Source of the DNA: Octopus vulgaris
Lineage: Eukaryota
DNA: 64,000 nucleotides
Assembly (NCBI GenBank): GCA_951406725.2
Contig: OX597814.1
Location: 38,812,001-38,876,000 of the forward strand
Reading direction: 5' to 3'
Position 1 is the first letter of the stretch. Each line of letters starts with the position of its first letter. The notes under the pieces were generated by a model. That model ran no database searches. It was not told the origin of the DNA and saw only the letters and a list, made by a program, of their open reading frames with translations. A program made the position numbers and the translations under genes. Of the stretch, positions 14,237 to 28,706 are shown one piece after another.

Positions 14237-14240
<4 letters not shown>
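13960..14240 (+). mobile_element. Putative Penelope terminal-repeat fragment with minimal hammerhead-like motif
   Basis: attt-CTGACGA-agagctcctcac-GAAACGTG-aaat at 14104-14138. The downstream gagcgtccaataa...tttggattaa matches 49481-49570. Confidence 0.55.
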
Positions 14241-14299
<59 letters not shown>

Positions 14300-14307
<8 letters not shown>

Positions 14308-14730
14308 AAAAATGTCTCAGGTGAGTTGAAAGAATAGCAAATTATCGATACCCTCTGTTATTTTTCCCCTTCGGTGCAAGTTGTCCCACGTGGTGTGAGA
14401 CATTCAACGTTCTTTAACACTCGGTGAGGTGAAGAGACATTTCCCAATAATCTATCCCGCACTTAATAGGTGTATTAAACACGCTAATACACTATGCATA
14501 TGTATTAGCATGTGTATTAGCAACATATATATATTCTTAAAAATGTCTCAGGTGAGTTCAAAGAATAGCAAAATATCGATACCCTCTGTTATTTTTCCCC
14601 TTCGGTGCAAGTTGTCCCACGTGGTCTGAGACATTCAGCGTTCTTTAACACTCGGTGAGGGGAAGAGACGTTTCCCAATAATCTATCCCGCACTTAATAG
14701 GTGTATTAAAAAACTAATACACAATGCATG
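14300..14730. repeat. 231-bp tandem duplication (two copies, second slightly truncated)
   Basis: aatgtctcaggtgagtt starts at 14311 and 14542; ~190 bp near-identical with few substitutions. Confidence 0.95.
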
Positions 14731-17700
14731 TGTCATCGAGAGTGTGTACATGTTATATATACAAAGGATGCATCTCAATCTCAGATATCTGTACTCATTT
14801 TGTGCAATTCGGCTGCGTGTTGTGTAACATTTGTAAAAGGCATATACGTAAATTGCAAATTACAGTTAGTTTAAAAAGTAGCTACCTCTTACACATAAGG
14901 ACAATGGAAACAGTAATTCTAAACATAACATTGAAGGAATGTGCGTAACGATTATTCATTGACGTATATACTTCTGTATGCATGATAACTGATTTCAAAA
15001 AGTAAAGTAAACTACTTTTGAGCTAAAGGTTTTTCAAACCTAAACTTGCACTAGCTTCCGTATTCAAGAAAGTTGAATAAGAAAAAGCCGTCGAAATTAA
15101 AAGAAAGTAAGTTGTAGTGGATAAATGTGATTACATGTTACAATGTAAAATACTATAAGGCCAGATTATACATGATGAAAGGATAAAATTGGATAAAATA
15201 TTCAGAAAGGAAGAATTAAATGTAGACATAACAACAAGCTGGAATCTATAAGATTGCACAATCTGTAATAATTATTGGCTACGTAATTAAATAAGCAGTT
15301 GAAATAGAAGTGGTTAAAACTTTTATTGAAAAAAAAGAAACTAAAAGCAGTAACAAATTTGATTAAGTTTAATGCATTAGTGATTCAATAAGAATTTGTA
15401 AATAGCTAATTTAATAATTAAATGAATATAATAACTGCAGGGATAAAAAAAAAAACTAATTCTAAATGAAAATAGCAACATTTTGGAATAAACTCTGATA
15501 AAAGTTCTGTTTTTGTTCATTAGTTCTTTCAGATATATTATTACAAAGCAAGAAAGCTCCAATAAATATGGCGGCAATGTCTCATATTGAGAAAAAGTAT
15601 GTATTGTTGCTGCAGGGGAAGATGAAATTTATGTTGACAGTGTTATCTTTCTTACTAAAATCAAAAATGTAATAGAATGAAACATTCATATACTTATAGC
15701 AATATAATAGAGAAGTCTCTGGATGTGCAGCCGTGTTCAATAAGATACTTCCTATATAGAAATATAATTAAGATGCTTTAATTTTCTAAAATCCCTTTAG
15801 TCTATAGTTGCAGGGCGTGAGTCATTTCGGGTGACGGTTAAGTAATTTCTGATAGATGTATGTAATATCATAATATTCCAAGGAGCAAAGTTGACAATTT
15901 TGTATTAATTCTGAATTGGCGAAAGTGAGTATTTTTCCTTTCCTATAGAAATGTGTGTTGATTGAGTTTAAATGTCAAAATATGAATTGATATAAGGTTA
16001 TAATTTGCTTTGTATTTGCTTTGAAAAATGTGTTTTGTGGTATGTAGATATAATTCTATGCAATAGTCTGAACTGGAGAGAGTGCTAATAATGCTAGACA
16101 TGTATTGTTTGGCCTTATAATCTTCTTTAAATCGAACATTGTTACTGTTGCTACAATAACATAGAAATACTTTATGAACATGTGTTTCTGAAATCTACTG
16201 ATCTGTGTTTACCAAACTCCATCAGAATTGTGTGTCCTTTTTATACTTTTAGTTGATGAGTTTCTTGATTTTCCAGAGTGAATAAAAATAATTCAATATA
16301 AAATTGAGAAAGCTGGGAGTTATTGTTGATTAGTATGTCTTATTTAACAGGGTTTTATACCATTATACATGGTCATTTATTAACTCCGTAGAACTTTACA
16401 TTTGTTCACGATATATCTTTCGTTTTACATCGAACGGCTTCTTATCAGTGCATTGTTTTGTAATAGCTGTGTTACGATAAAAGTTTTCATTTGTGAATAT
16501 TTTGTATTATGATGTGCAAAATGTGAACTGAATTAAATTAAATTAAATTTCAATAGAAAACTGAACGATATTTAGATGAATTTCAATTACAAAATTTAAC
16601 GTAAATATTTTAATATGCCATCTAAGCTTTTACAGTAGTATAGAGATTAATTAAAGTCATAATGTGAAGTCGAGTACGCGATACACACCTCCAGAGATTC
16701 GCACAAATATTTCATGAAATATATTCAAAATACATATTCCTACAAAAACGTCCACATAAGCAGATGCATATAAATATATACTGACGGGGAATAAAACATT
16801 GAGATCATCATTATGTTGAATCGCAATCAGAGCTGAATTGTTATATGAGAATATATATTTTCTAAGTTTTATATAACTGTGTCTGTGTTTTCAATAAATG
16901 CAGTTGATTCTGTTTGGTAAAGAACAGTTACCCATATTTTACTCATTTTGTGTTAGTATCTTTTACATAGAATTGAATGAAAGAGCAATTTCTTTTTCAT
17001 TCTGAAGTATATTGAGACACCATAATGCTATATTATCCTAGAAAGCTAAGTGAGATTTCAGATTTATTACAAAGAATGATAGAATCAAATATGTTTTTCA
17101 TTCATTACAGAGGTGGATATTTCCCGAAAATACCGATTAAAAATTTTTATTACCTATTAGAATGCCACTGTTAATTAATTTAAATTTAAATAATAATTAA
17201 AATTCAATTTTCACAAAAAAGCTATTTTTAAAAGACAACATTTCAATTTTAATTATACACTCATTATTATACGAATTATAAATATAATTAATATCTTTCT
17301 AAAATAAAAATGTATAATTATTTAAATATTATGCAGGAATAACTGAATATTAAGTTTGGCGAAGCACTTTGTCTTTGATATCCTAACAACATACATCACT
17401 AATGAAAACGGTCATTCTCGAAGTTAAAGCATACGTTTCATAATTTCTGAAACGTTTAAATATTACTTACCATCATGTGTATATAAAAAGTCCTAAACAC
17501 AACTACACATTCTCACCCAAATCACAGACGGTATCTGATATTATATAACTATTTCTCTTTACTTCATGGATGATTGACGGAACGTTTCGGCAGTGAACCA
17601 CTTTATGTAGACTCAGAATACACACAGACACACACACACACACGCGCGTGCATACGTACGTATCTATGTGTGTATGTATGTATGTATGTATGTATGTGTG

Positions 17701-18399
17701 CGTGTGTATGGATTTAGATTGGTAGGTATGTGTTGTATTGTGGGTAAGAAAATTGCTTTGAAAACGCCTAGTCTCGAGATATGTCGTACATTACGGCATC
17801 TTGGACAAGTGCTCTTTGCCGCCCGATGCGATGTGAGTACATTCGCTAGGCGGCAACTAGGCGGAAGCTTTTCATATGTGTGTTTAAGTGTATGATTATG
17901 TGGTGTCTCTGAATGAATGAGTTCTGTGTGTGTATATATATAGATGTATGTGTGTGTATTTATGTATTTAGTTATATATACAGATATGTATACACACACA
18001 CACAATCACGTATATGTATTTAGTTATGCATATATGTATCAAGAAATCAACAAAATCGAACTCCATTCAGGGAGAGATCAATATCATTTCATGTTCACAG
18101 TATAAAGATACACCAACTAGCAGTTTCTTGCACTGGTGATGTAGGTATTTATATCTCGAGGTGTTTCTCCAAGCAATACCTGGTCCATGTGTACATTGTG
18201 CATTGAATTAACGCTAGTACAAGAGAATTCATCGGAAAGAGGAAAGGGCAGATATAAAAGTGAAATGATGAAAACAACGGTGAAAGTAGAGATAAGGAAA
18301 AACATTGGAATTATGTGTCCGTTGGCGTGAAACTATAATTAATCTAGTTGTTGTAGCACAAAATCTGCGAGAGAGCTGCTGAATACGGAGAAGGTGATA

Positions 18400-19080
18400 C
18401 CCTGTCCTTTCATCAAAAGAAGTTGTTCATATATTTACATATGCAGAATGTTTCGTAACCGAAATTCGAGAGTATGATGTAATTCTTAGATCTAAACAAA
18501 ACGTGTGATCATTTCGCTACGCATAGTTTGCACAACTTAGATTCGTTAATGTATGACATGGATTTCTCTACGATTCTCCACCGGATTGCATGCGATGTGT
18601 AGTTGGTCTTCAACCACCATACATGGCTACCCAACTTAGTGACATTACTTTTGTCTGAAAGTAATTAGTTGTTTCAGTTAGTTTCCTTTTATAAAAAAAA
18701 CTTCCTATATTATTGCTTAACTAGGGAATCACTATCGAAAAGAGACAGGAATTCCTTGCTCTACGTAAGCTTTAACTCTTAGGACAAAGAGTGAACGAAC
18801 CAAATTATTTTCCAAGTTCTATTTCTAGGTTCATTTTAAAGATTCACATATTTAATAGAAGGCTTGTAATATAGCTTATCTTTGAAGCCGCTATTAGCAG
18901 CGGCATTTTTAAAATACGGGGCTGCATTATCAAGAGAAGAGTTATTAGGTATACTATTACTAAAGTTAGCTATGAGGGTTTTAACTGATAAGGTGCGAGA
19001 ATGACGTATGTTCGAGAATTTATTGCTTGGCTTCCCAATACAGTCTATAGGAACGGGAATAAAGAGCTCGAAGAACATCT
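18400..19080 (-). mobile_element. Penelope-like retroelement remnant (RT C-terminus, linker and endonuclease C-terminus, internally deleted)
   Basis: ORF 18836..19078 ...LDNAAPYFKNAAANSGFKDKLYY. Hand translation downstream gives RNRTWKIIWF (RxRxIIWFNPP) and AIRWRIVEKSMSYINESKLCKLCVAK (IxWxI...CxLCxxEK). Confidence 0.7.
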
Positions 19081-19211
19081 AAAATGCCGACTTATAACAC
19101 ATTAGTAATACCACGTTAGTAATACCCAGAATGGCCACAGCTTGTGAGCTGAAACTAAATAAAAAAAAAATGTATATATATATCTGTTTCTGTATGTTTG
19201 TATATTTGTGG

Positions 19212-19697
19212 GCTCGGGTTTGTAAGGGAAATAAATATATAAGCATTTTTAGAGAGTTACTTCCCTTATAGATGCCAATTCAGGCTTTCTTAGCCATTTC
19301 TGTTTTGGTGTCTTCAAGCCATGAAGTCGTTGTTCTAAAAGAACGCTGGTCTCCTTGACAACGCATTACGACGTTGATTTCTTTACACTCCCTTCCCCAC
19401 AGCTTCACGAGGGAGGGAAGCGGGAGAAGCAAACAGGTGCAGGTGTGACCATGGACGCCAACTCCGCCGCCATCGACACACGAAAAATTATGCATTAAAA
19501 TGGAATAAAAAATGATGTTAAATTATTTTTAAAATCGTAGACTCATCGTTGACGCACGCTAATACCCAGACGGGCTCGATATGAATCACGAGTATAAGAT
19601 ACACGAATTTGGTTAAACTGCACCGCAAAATGTGGGAGGAGTTAGGAATCTAAATCGAAGGGGACAGACACTCACACAACTAGAGTTTTATATATAT
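19212..19697 (-). mobile_element. Non-autonomous Helitron, copy 1 (3' end truncated)
   Basis: Highly similar to 19699-20215 along its length; retains only part of the terminal hairpin (gctcggg). Confidence 0.8.
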
Positions 19698-19698
19698 A

Positions 19699-20202
19699 CT
19701 AGCAGTATCGCCCGGCGTTGCCCGGGTTTGTAAGGGAAATAACTATATAAGCATTTTTAGAGAGTTACATCCCTTATAGATGCCAATTCGGGCTTTATTA
19801 GCCATTTTTGTTTTGGTGTCTTCAAGCCGTGAAGTCGTTGTTCTAAAAGAACGCTGGTCACCTTCACAACGCATTACGACGTTGATTTCCTAAAACTCCC
19901 TTCCCCACAGCTTCACGAGGGAGGGAAGAAGGGGGAGAAGCAAACACAGGTGCAGGTGTTTGAGCGTGGACGCCAACTCCGCCGCCATCGACACACGAAA
20001 AATTAAAGGCATTAAAATGGAATAAAAAATGATGTTAAATTATTTTTAAAATCGTAGACTCATCGTAGACGCGCGCTACTAGCCAGACGGGCTCGATATT
20101 AATCACGACTATAAGATACCCGAATTTGGTTAAACTGCACCTCAAAATGTGGGAGGAGTTAGGAATCTAAATCGTAGGAGACAGACACTCACACAACTAC
20201 AG

Positions 20203-20215
<13 letters not shown>
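19699..20215 (-). mobile_element. Non-autonomous Helitron, copy 2
   Basis: The minus strand ends in hairpin cccgggcaacgccggg then cgatactg-CTAG-t. Its 5' end tatataaaaactgtagttgtgtgagtgtctgtc runs into (TA)n. No TIRs or TSD. Confidence 0.85.
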
Positions 20216-20247
<32 letters not shown>

Positions 20248-20357
20248 CATGTATATATATATGTATATGTGTATATATATATATATGAATATATGTATAT
20301 ATATACGTATATATTTATATGTATATATATATGTATATATATTCATGTATATATATG

Positions 20358-20434
<77 letters not shown>

Positions 20435-20556
20435 GTATATATAATTATATATGTATATATATATATATGTATATATATATATGTATTTATATATGTATAT
20501 ATATATATGTATTTATATATGTATATATATATTTATTTATTTTTATATTTATGTAT

Positions 20557-20608
<52 letters not shown>

Positions 20609-20615
20609 GTGTATG

Positions 20616-20651
<36 letters not shown>

Positions 20652-20727
20652 TGTATATGTATATATATATATGTATATATATATATGTATATGTATACGT
20701 ATATATATGTATATATATATGTATATA

Positions 20728-20774
<47 letters not shown>

Positions 20775-20777
20775 GTA

Positions 20778-20818
<41 letters not shown>

Positions 20819-20900
20819 GTATATATATATATGTATATATATATGTTTATATATATATACATATATACATACATACACATATATATACACATATGTATAC
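20206..20900. repeat. Long degenerate (TA)n/(TATG)n array
   Basis: Seen directly; source of the YIYI ORFs. Confidence 0.97.
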
Positions 20901-21374
20901 TGTTCTGTTATATTGTAATCAACGATATAGTTCCCCCATCTTTTGAGAGATATGTATCATTTAAGAAATACAGAATTTAATTGAAACCAATATACTACTA
21001 AAGTTTGAAGAGTACACAACGTGCTATACAAGCACATATGATTACTGTAGTACCATATAGTACAGTAGTAGTAGTAGTAGTGGTGGTAGTGGTGCTTGTA
21101 TGATTGTAGTAGTACTACGCTTGTGCATCTATATGGGGTGTATGTGTACGTTTGTATTTATGTGTGTGTATTTTGCGAGTCATAACTATTTGAATGAATC
21201 AAAATATAACTGCTTATCTTTCTTTAAACCATCTGAGAATCTGAAGTCGTCCAGTCTGCATAGACTGCGAAAATCGTATCGGAAGTATACAAATGCTTCA
21301 TTCAAAGTATATAATCAGAGTATAAGCATAAAAACGTCCATGCATTACACTGACACACACACGCACACACACAC

Positions 21375-21472
<98 letters not shown>

Positions 21473-21740
21473 TCTGAATACATAGATTTTGAAGATGAGC
21501 ACTTGTTACAATATTTTGTCTACCCTCAAGATAATCCCTTGGATTAATTCGGCGGCAGATTCATATTTGAATGTTTTAAAATATGGTTGTAATTGGATAA
21601 ATACAGCCAGTTTACTCTTTCAAAAATTATAGCATTCATGTTTATGCATTATTCATCGTTTCACTAAAACACACATTGCATATCGGTAGAATTTTAACTG
21701 CAACAATACTGATAGTAACTAATAATTATTGATATTAACT

Positions 21741-21741
21741 C

Positions 21742-21779
<38 letters not shown>

Positions 21780-21802
21780 AATAATAATAATGATGATAAT
21801 AG

Positions 21803-21842
<40 letters not shown>

Positions 21843-21846
21843 GATG

Positions 21847-21887
<41 letters not shown>

Positions 21888-21931
21888 GTGTCGGTGTGGT
21901 AATAATAATAACAATAATAATGATGATGATG

Positions 21932-21967
<36 letters not shown>

Positions 21968-22150
21968 TGGTAATAATAATGATGATGATGATGATGATGG
22001 TAATAATAATGATGATGATGATGGTAATAATAATGATGATGATGATGGTAATAATAATAATGATGATGATGATGGTAATAATAATGATAATAATAATGAT
22101 GATGATGATGATGATGATGATAGTAATAATAATAATAATCATAATAACAA
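21741..22150. repeat. Compound (TTA)n/(AAT)n/(GAT)n microsatellite
   Basis: Seen directly. Confidence 0.95.
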
Positions 22151-22728
22151 TATCATTGTTGTTATTACAGCTAACACAGTAATAGAAACAGCAACGTTAA
22201 CAATCGATATAATTATAATTATTGTTATTTTAATATATTCTCTAATTTCGTTGTTAATTTCAACATCAGCAGCAGCAGCATCGTAGTCATTCAAATTTAA
22301 CAAGAGTTTCTAGTGTTTGTGCAGATTTACATGCTTTCAGCTAAAAAAGATCTTAGAATCTCAATTCGTTTCTGTATAATCCAGCCCGAAATATATTTCA
22401 CTATATAAACATGGCGTATGTTAGATTATTAGAATTGAGTATTTACACGGGGATATCTGAAAGAAGCATAAACTTGAAACAGCATTCCGTTTCGTCGCCA
22501 TATCTTTACTGAATGTATTATATTTTAAGCCCCATATTTCATCTAGAAAAAACAATTGCATTTTTGCCAAATTTGAATTCAATCTTAATTTCAATAAGAA
22601 AAGTAGTTATACAATTTTTTTTTGCTTCTATGCTAAGTATGACGATCTGAAAAAATTCCCCGTCCAAAATAGTATCAATATTCAAAACAAACATATTTCA
22701 TCAAAAATGAAAATAAATGATGTTTTGT

Positions 22729-22736
22729 TAATAATG

Positions 22737-22800
<64 letters not shown>

Positions 22801-22838
22801 TATTAATAATAATGATAATAATTATAATGATAATGATG

Positions 22839-22923
<85 letters not shown>

Positions 22924-22975
22924 GGAGGAGGAGAAGAAGAAGACTGATGTTAATGATGATGATGATTATGATGAT
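22729..22975. repeat. (AAT)n microsatellite with GAT variants
   Basis: Seen directly. Confidence 0.95.
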
Positions 22976-23079
22976 ACTATTTCTCACTAACTCAGAATTA
23001 GTTGTGAATAAAGGCGGGTATGTATATATATATGTATATATGTACGTACTATGTACGTACTATGTACGTACTATGTACG

Positions 23080-23152
<73 letters not shown>

Positions 23153-23708
23153 CACCAACGCTTTTATTACTTGATCTTTGACACATGTTTCTTTCACGTA
23201 TATTGTTTTATATTTGTAATTAAAGTTCCGATACATGATCATTTTTGGATAGAAAACAAACGGAGACAATTTGTTTTGTTATTGTAAAACTTTAGAAACC
23301 TATAAAGCAAACTATTTGAATTATCAATTCGATTATTTAGTATATTTTAGTGTAGTACAGTCAACGTGCATATTTTGTGTTATTGGCACTTGTACAACCA
23401 TAGTTGCAACTTATCTGGCTCCACTGAGTGAGAAGCCCTATTGTTCACACACTTAAACCGTGATTCTAGCCAGCAAAGATTGACAGCTCTATTAAACATG
23501 GCCGGATCATATTACAACCGTTCTTCTACTTCAATTTCCGGTCACATGGTTTAATCATTCGATAATATTGCAGCTCAATGTCGTCTTTTTATCGATTGAT
23601 GCAGTAATTTGTCTTCTCCATGGCGTGTGTTACTTCCTAACATCCGGCTGTTCAACTACTTTGCATCATTTTCGTTCCCTTCTTTTTCAGTTTTAACAAC
23701 TTGCTGCA

Positions 23709-24026
<318 letters not shown>

Positions 24027-25399
24027 CTAGTCATCACTTTCTTTTGCCGTTTACTTTTCTCTGTTATTGTTTATTCTTATTATTGTTGCTATCATTGTTA
24101 TGATTATTCATCTTTTAATTCTTTTCTCATTTACTGCTTTCTCGAAATTTCTATCACTGTCTATTCATCGTCAGCGTCAGCGTCAACATCATCATCATTT
24201 TCAACATGCACAGTATCAAAATCCTGATGACTAACACTAAAATCATACGTAACATTTTCAAATTTGTCAATCCCCTTAATTACTGCTATCATTTATTCAC
24301 GAATTCTGTTTTTCTTTGTTTCTTTTGGGTTTTTTTGCTACATTCTACTTTTATTTTCTTACATCCACCATTATATTAATCATCTCTTAGTTATACTTCT
24401 GCTGCTCATCGGAACTATTATCATCATCATTATGAGAACTGCCATCGTCGTTCTTCTAATCATATCATTCATTACTAGTAATTTTTATGTAATGCCTTTG
24501 TCGTCCGCATCGATGTCACTGTTCTAAATTAAATTCTGGGTTACCATGCATTCTATAATATTAGTAAATCTATTTAGAGAGACACTGAAATCAAGGACAT
24601 TATAACTCAACAAACAGCGAACAAGGATATACGGTACAGGAATCCAACGTTTCAAACAGTGGTCCTTCTTAAAAAAGATAAATGAAGATAAAAGTGAAAT
24701 AATGTTAAGGGATTAAAAATACGGTGCTTCTTTGAAAATGCAGCCAAATGAAATGCATTCGTAGCTGCGTAATGAGGAAATATGTAGATTGAGATGTTGT
24801 AAGAAAATAATGTACGATGAAGAAGCGATATCCTGTGATGAAGTTGTAATGATTTCAATGAGCATGTCATGTGTCTACAAGCACGAGTTATTGATATAGG
24901 ACAGGAGTGATGTGGATAATAGTTGAGCATGCGAACAAAGCAGCACAAACAAATGATAGTTTGTATCTGAATTTATGTCAAACGATGGGGGCGAAAGTAA
25001 AGTGACAATGTTTATGGTGCGTAGTAGTTGAAATAATTCCTTTTCCAGAGTGGCGAGTAGATTCCCAATCACAAGATTAATTTATTCAGAGAATTTATTG
25101 TTTCGGTTTCAAGGAGACGAGAATCCTATTACATATAATCTAAATTTGATGTTCAGATATCTGACAACTGTGTACACTCAAGTAGTCGTTACGGTTCCTT
25201 TTTGTGTGTATGTGTGTATTAATATACATGAACAACTGTATTTACTCAATTCCATCACTTTACATCTACGGTGATCTTTCCAATATAATTGTGCTTCTTC
25301 ATGTCTGAACTCCCTGCTTCCTACATTTCAGTGGACACTGTTTCTTTTCGTCCACATACAGCCCCACATTCCTAAATATTCCTTTCCACAGCACCTTAG

Positions 25400-26060
25400 A
25401 TTTCGCCTCACACAAATTCGATCGCCTTTCAGACACCCTGCTGCAATATCTTTTGCATTCAAGTAGACATCTGACTAATGCTACGCAAAGAAACGACGTG
25501 ATAGTCTGCGGATGCAAATTATCCGTCATATTTGTTCCATATCCCTTAATAACTATCAGTCTGTCATGAAACAGAATACCGAATATAGAAGGAAGTGCAG
25601 AGTTGGCGTTATACAAAGGTATAAGTGAATCGTTTGATCAGATGGCAGAATGTTGTAGGTCTGTGTAAATTAGTGATACCCTGAATGTTATCATGTGGAG
25701 AAGGATCCATTTGGATAATGCAAGAGATGAAGAGATTGTGAACCAGACGTTTAAGCAGATTCTAGTTAATTCTCGATGAAGGACATCAGTCTCAAGGATG
25801 TTGAGTGAAGTAGAGAACTCGGATAAGAAAATTAGAAATATCTTTGGGGCTTTGCTAGCGATGTAATTTTGTGTAATTGTAAATGAAATGAACGAGGAAG
25901 AGCGTGTGGGGCATGGTATTTGCAACTTAACAGCCTCAGTGGGAGAGTAAGCTGCGATAACCTTCTATTGAGGATTACCCCGTTGCAAAATATACAAGAA
26001 AATGTGATTCGCTTAATTTTCATACTCTGATCATCGTCCAAATTGGTTGTAGGACGGTGG
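25400..26060 (-). mobile_element. Highly decayed LINE endonuclease (APE) remnant, RTE-like
   Basis: Hand translation near 25980->25935 gives GNPQ*KVIAAYSPTEA (GNPxxTVIxxYSPT-like). Possible SDH-like SADYHVVS near 25.5 kb. Many stops; boundaries uncertain. Confidence 0.4.
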
Positions 26061-27084
26061 AATTATGAGTGGGCATTAAAGTATTTGTAGTGAAGAATGT
26101 AGAGGAAGTGATATGAAATATACCAACTGTAAATTTGCTGTAGTTTTATTCCAATCTGTAGGGAATTTCTCTTACGGTAATCTGTTAAGGAATATCTCTG
26201 GAAAAAGACCAGTGCGTTGGTACACTTTTGAAGCGAGAAAACATTGAACGGCCAGGTCTTCCAAAATCACCCCAAGAAGTTAAAGGAAAGGATACTTTTG
26301 GACTGGACGAAGAGAGAAAATACAAAACGAAAACGATTAATTGGTGACTGGTGATGGAGATGAGGTATTTGCAGTATGTTCAAAGGATATTTACTGTTAT
26401 TATAAATGGTTACTGGGAATAAGTCTGTTTATTTTAATTTTATTAATTATTTGCATTGCATAAATATTACTATAAAGCGAAAGTTATGTGTTCTAGAAGG
26501 AAAACACTATAATGGAATATAATTAGGCATTAACAATGACTGATCTCAAGGAAAAAAAAGGAAATGTTTGTTTCAATACAAAACCTATCTCTAGAGATTC
26601 CACCAAACAAATGACTATTTGCGTTACCGGGAGATCAGTAGACACATTTGTATAAGTAAAAACACTACTTTTGCGATATTACATTACTATATATTACTCT
26701 TTTACAAAATAGTGATTTTTTAATACATTTATTGATGATTTTTCATTATTGATCGACAAAGGAATATATCAATGATTGCAATCAAAATTATATGTATAAA
26801 ACAGGTATATGTGCGTGCTTGTGTGTTTAAAATTTGCGAAAAGTAATTACATATATTTCGTGCAGTGCAACGTGTAGGGGAGTGAATATTTGAAATTAGA
26901 GAAGAGAAATTCAGAGTGATGAATTGCAGGCAAAATTAGATGAAATTTCAGTAGTTCAAAAATGAATTTCATCAAATATCATCCTCAAATTAACCCCCAC
27001 GTAATGCATTTTTCACAACACGAGGGTATATAATGTCAAGGAGTAAAAGTAAATTAATTTCAAAGTGACGACTGAATACTGATT

Positions 27085-27286
27085 TCAAATTCTGGCACAA
27101 CGATAGAAATTTCGGGGAGGGGATAATTTGATTTAAATCAATCCCAGAATTCAGCTAGTATTTATTTAATCGCCCCCCGGAACGATTCCGAAAGGCGAAG
27201 TCGAACATGGCAAAATTTAAACTCAGGACGTAAAGTAGAACGAAATGCCGCTAAACGTTTTGTCCAGCATGCTAATGATTCTGCCG
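27085..27286 (-). mobile_element. SINE family A, diverged
   Basis: gaaaggcgaagtcgaacatggcaaaatttaaactcaggacgtaaag...gctaatgattctgcc aligns to the family A copies. Confidence 0.8.
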
Positions 27287-27405
27287 AAAAGTATCAAGCA
27301 TATCGCATACAGCATCGGTATTGCATGTGAGAGCCTTGCTAGTTGTAGTATTATATTGCTTGAAACCAATGGGAGCATTAATACGCAAGTTAAGTAGGTA
27401 GAAAG

Positions 27406-27443
<38 letters not shown>

Positions 27444-27924
27444 GGAACGAGATAGATACATTCGTTATTTTTATATACCCTTTCTCATAGTGGTCGTTAC
27501 ACCAACTGGAGTTGTGCAATTTTGTGACGTCGGTGCGAATTGTTCATTCAGTCAAATCGATTAAGTCATTTAAGTATTTATCCAAGTACCTCTTCAGTAC
27601 GCTGGTGTGTTAATAGGACAAGATAATACCGTTTGTCAAATTCTATGACCAATAACAGAAGATTCCAGATATACCCACGTACACACATCCATTATAAAAT
27701 TTTTCTCTACCGCACATTTTACGTACTTTGGAATTTCGAATGCATATCCGGTAGCTGGAATATTTTCACCGTATTGTGACAATAGGTTGATAATAACAAA
27801 GGATGATATTTGCTTAGCTTTCTACAAATTGTTTGCCCTCATATGTGTGTGTATATATATAAATAGATGCATATATACATACATATGTATACATTCCTAC
27901 ATATATATGTAGAAACGTAGAAAT

Positions 27925-28052
27925 CACGCCGGCGAAATTGTAGCGTATTTCGTCTGTCGTTACGTTCCGAGTTCAAATTCCGCGAGGTCGACTTTGCCTT
28001 TCACCTTTCGGGTCGATAAATTAAGTACCAGTTACGCACTGGGGTCGATGTA
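27925..28052 (+). mobile_element. SINE family A, partial
   Basis: gagttcaaattccgcgaggtcgactttgcctttcacctttcgggtcgataaattaagtaccag. Confidence 0.88.
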
Positions 28053-28053
28053 G

Positions 28054-28099
<46 letters not shown>

Positions 28100-28290
28100 A
28101 TATATATACATGTATATATACTACAAAATGGGACATATATATATATATACATACATACATATATACATATATACACCGATAAAACAACTACCAGTCAAGC
28201 GTTGTAAATTACGTACTAGTTGATCCCTGGAAGCCGATGCAATCCACTTAGCTCCTTCCAGAAATACCTGTTCTGGAGTAAAAATTTTTA

Positions 28291-28706
28291 ATTTTGGCAC
28301 GAATCCATGAATTTCGGTGGACGGTTAAGACGGTTGCATCGACCCCAGTACTTATTTTAACAATACCAACAAAATAAATGCCAAGGATGAAAGGCAGAAT
28401 TTGGAATTAGCCGTGAAGACGAACGAAAAGCCGCGAAGCATTTCACCCGGCGTCCTAACTATTCTGCTAGTTCCTCGCCTTATTTGAAATCAATATTTAT
28501 TTGAATTTTTTGCATAAGTCCAGGAACATCAGAGAAATGAATGAGTCGAATATATCAACCCCAGTATTGCAGTGGAATTAATTTTTTTCGACCCGAATTG
28601 ATGAAAGACAAAGTCGACATCGGCGTGATTTGAAGACAGCATGCGAAGATAGCCGAAATGCGCTAACCATTTTGTCCGAGACGTTAATGATTCTGTCAGC
28701 TCACTG
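28291..28706 (-). mobile_element. Two tandem diverged SINE family A copies (28291-28481 and 28511-28706)
   Basis: Each has an atcgaccccagta-like segment, gatgaaagg/gac and a terminal attctgctag/attctgtcagctc. Confidence 0.7.

Noticed and set aside
20149-20980. Long YIYI ORFs (also at 2.4, 32.1, 34.6 and 40.1 kb) and HTHT/IIII/LLLL ORFs
   Set aside because: Stop-free translations of simple repeats.
23350-23650. Non-repetitive islands with homeodomain-type motifs (also ~45300-45560) as possible enhancers
   Set aside because: Short motifs (TGACAG, TAAT) are expected by chance; cannot be supported without conservation or chromatin data.
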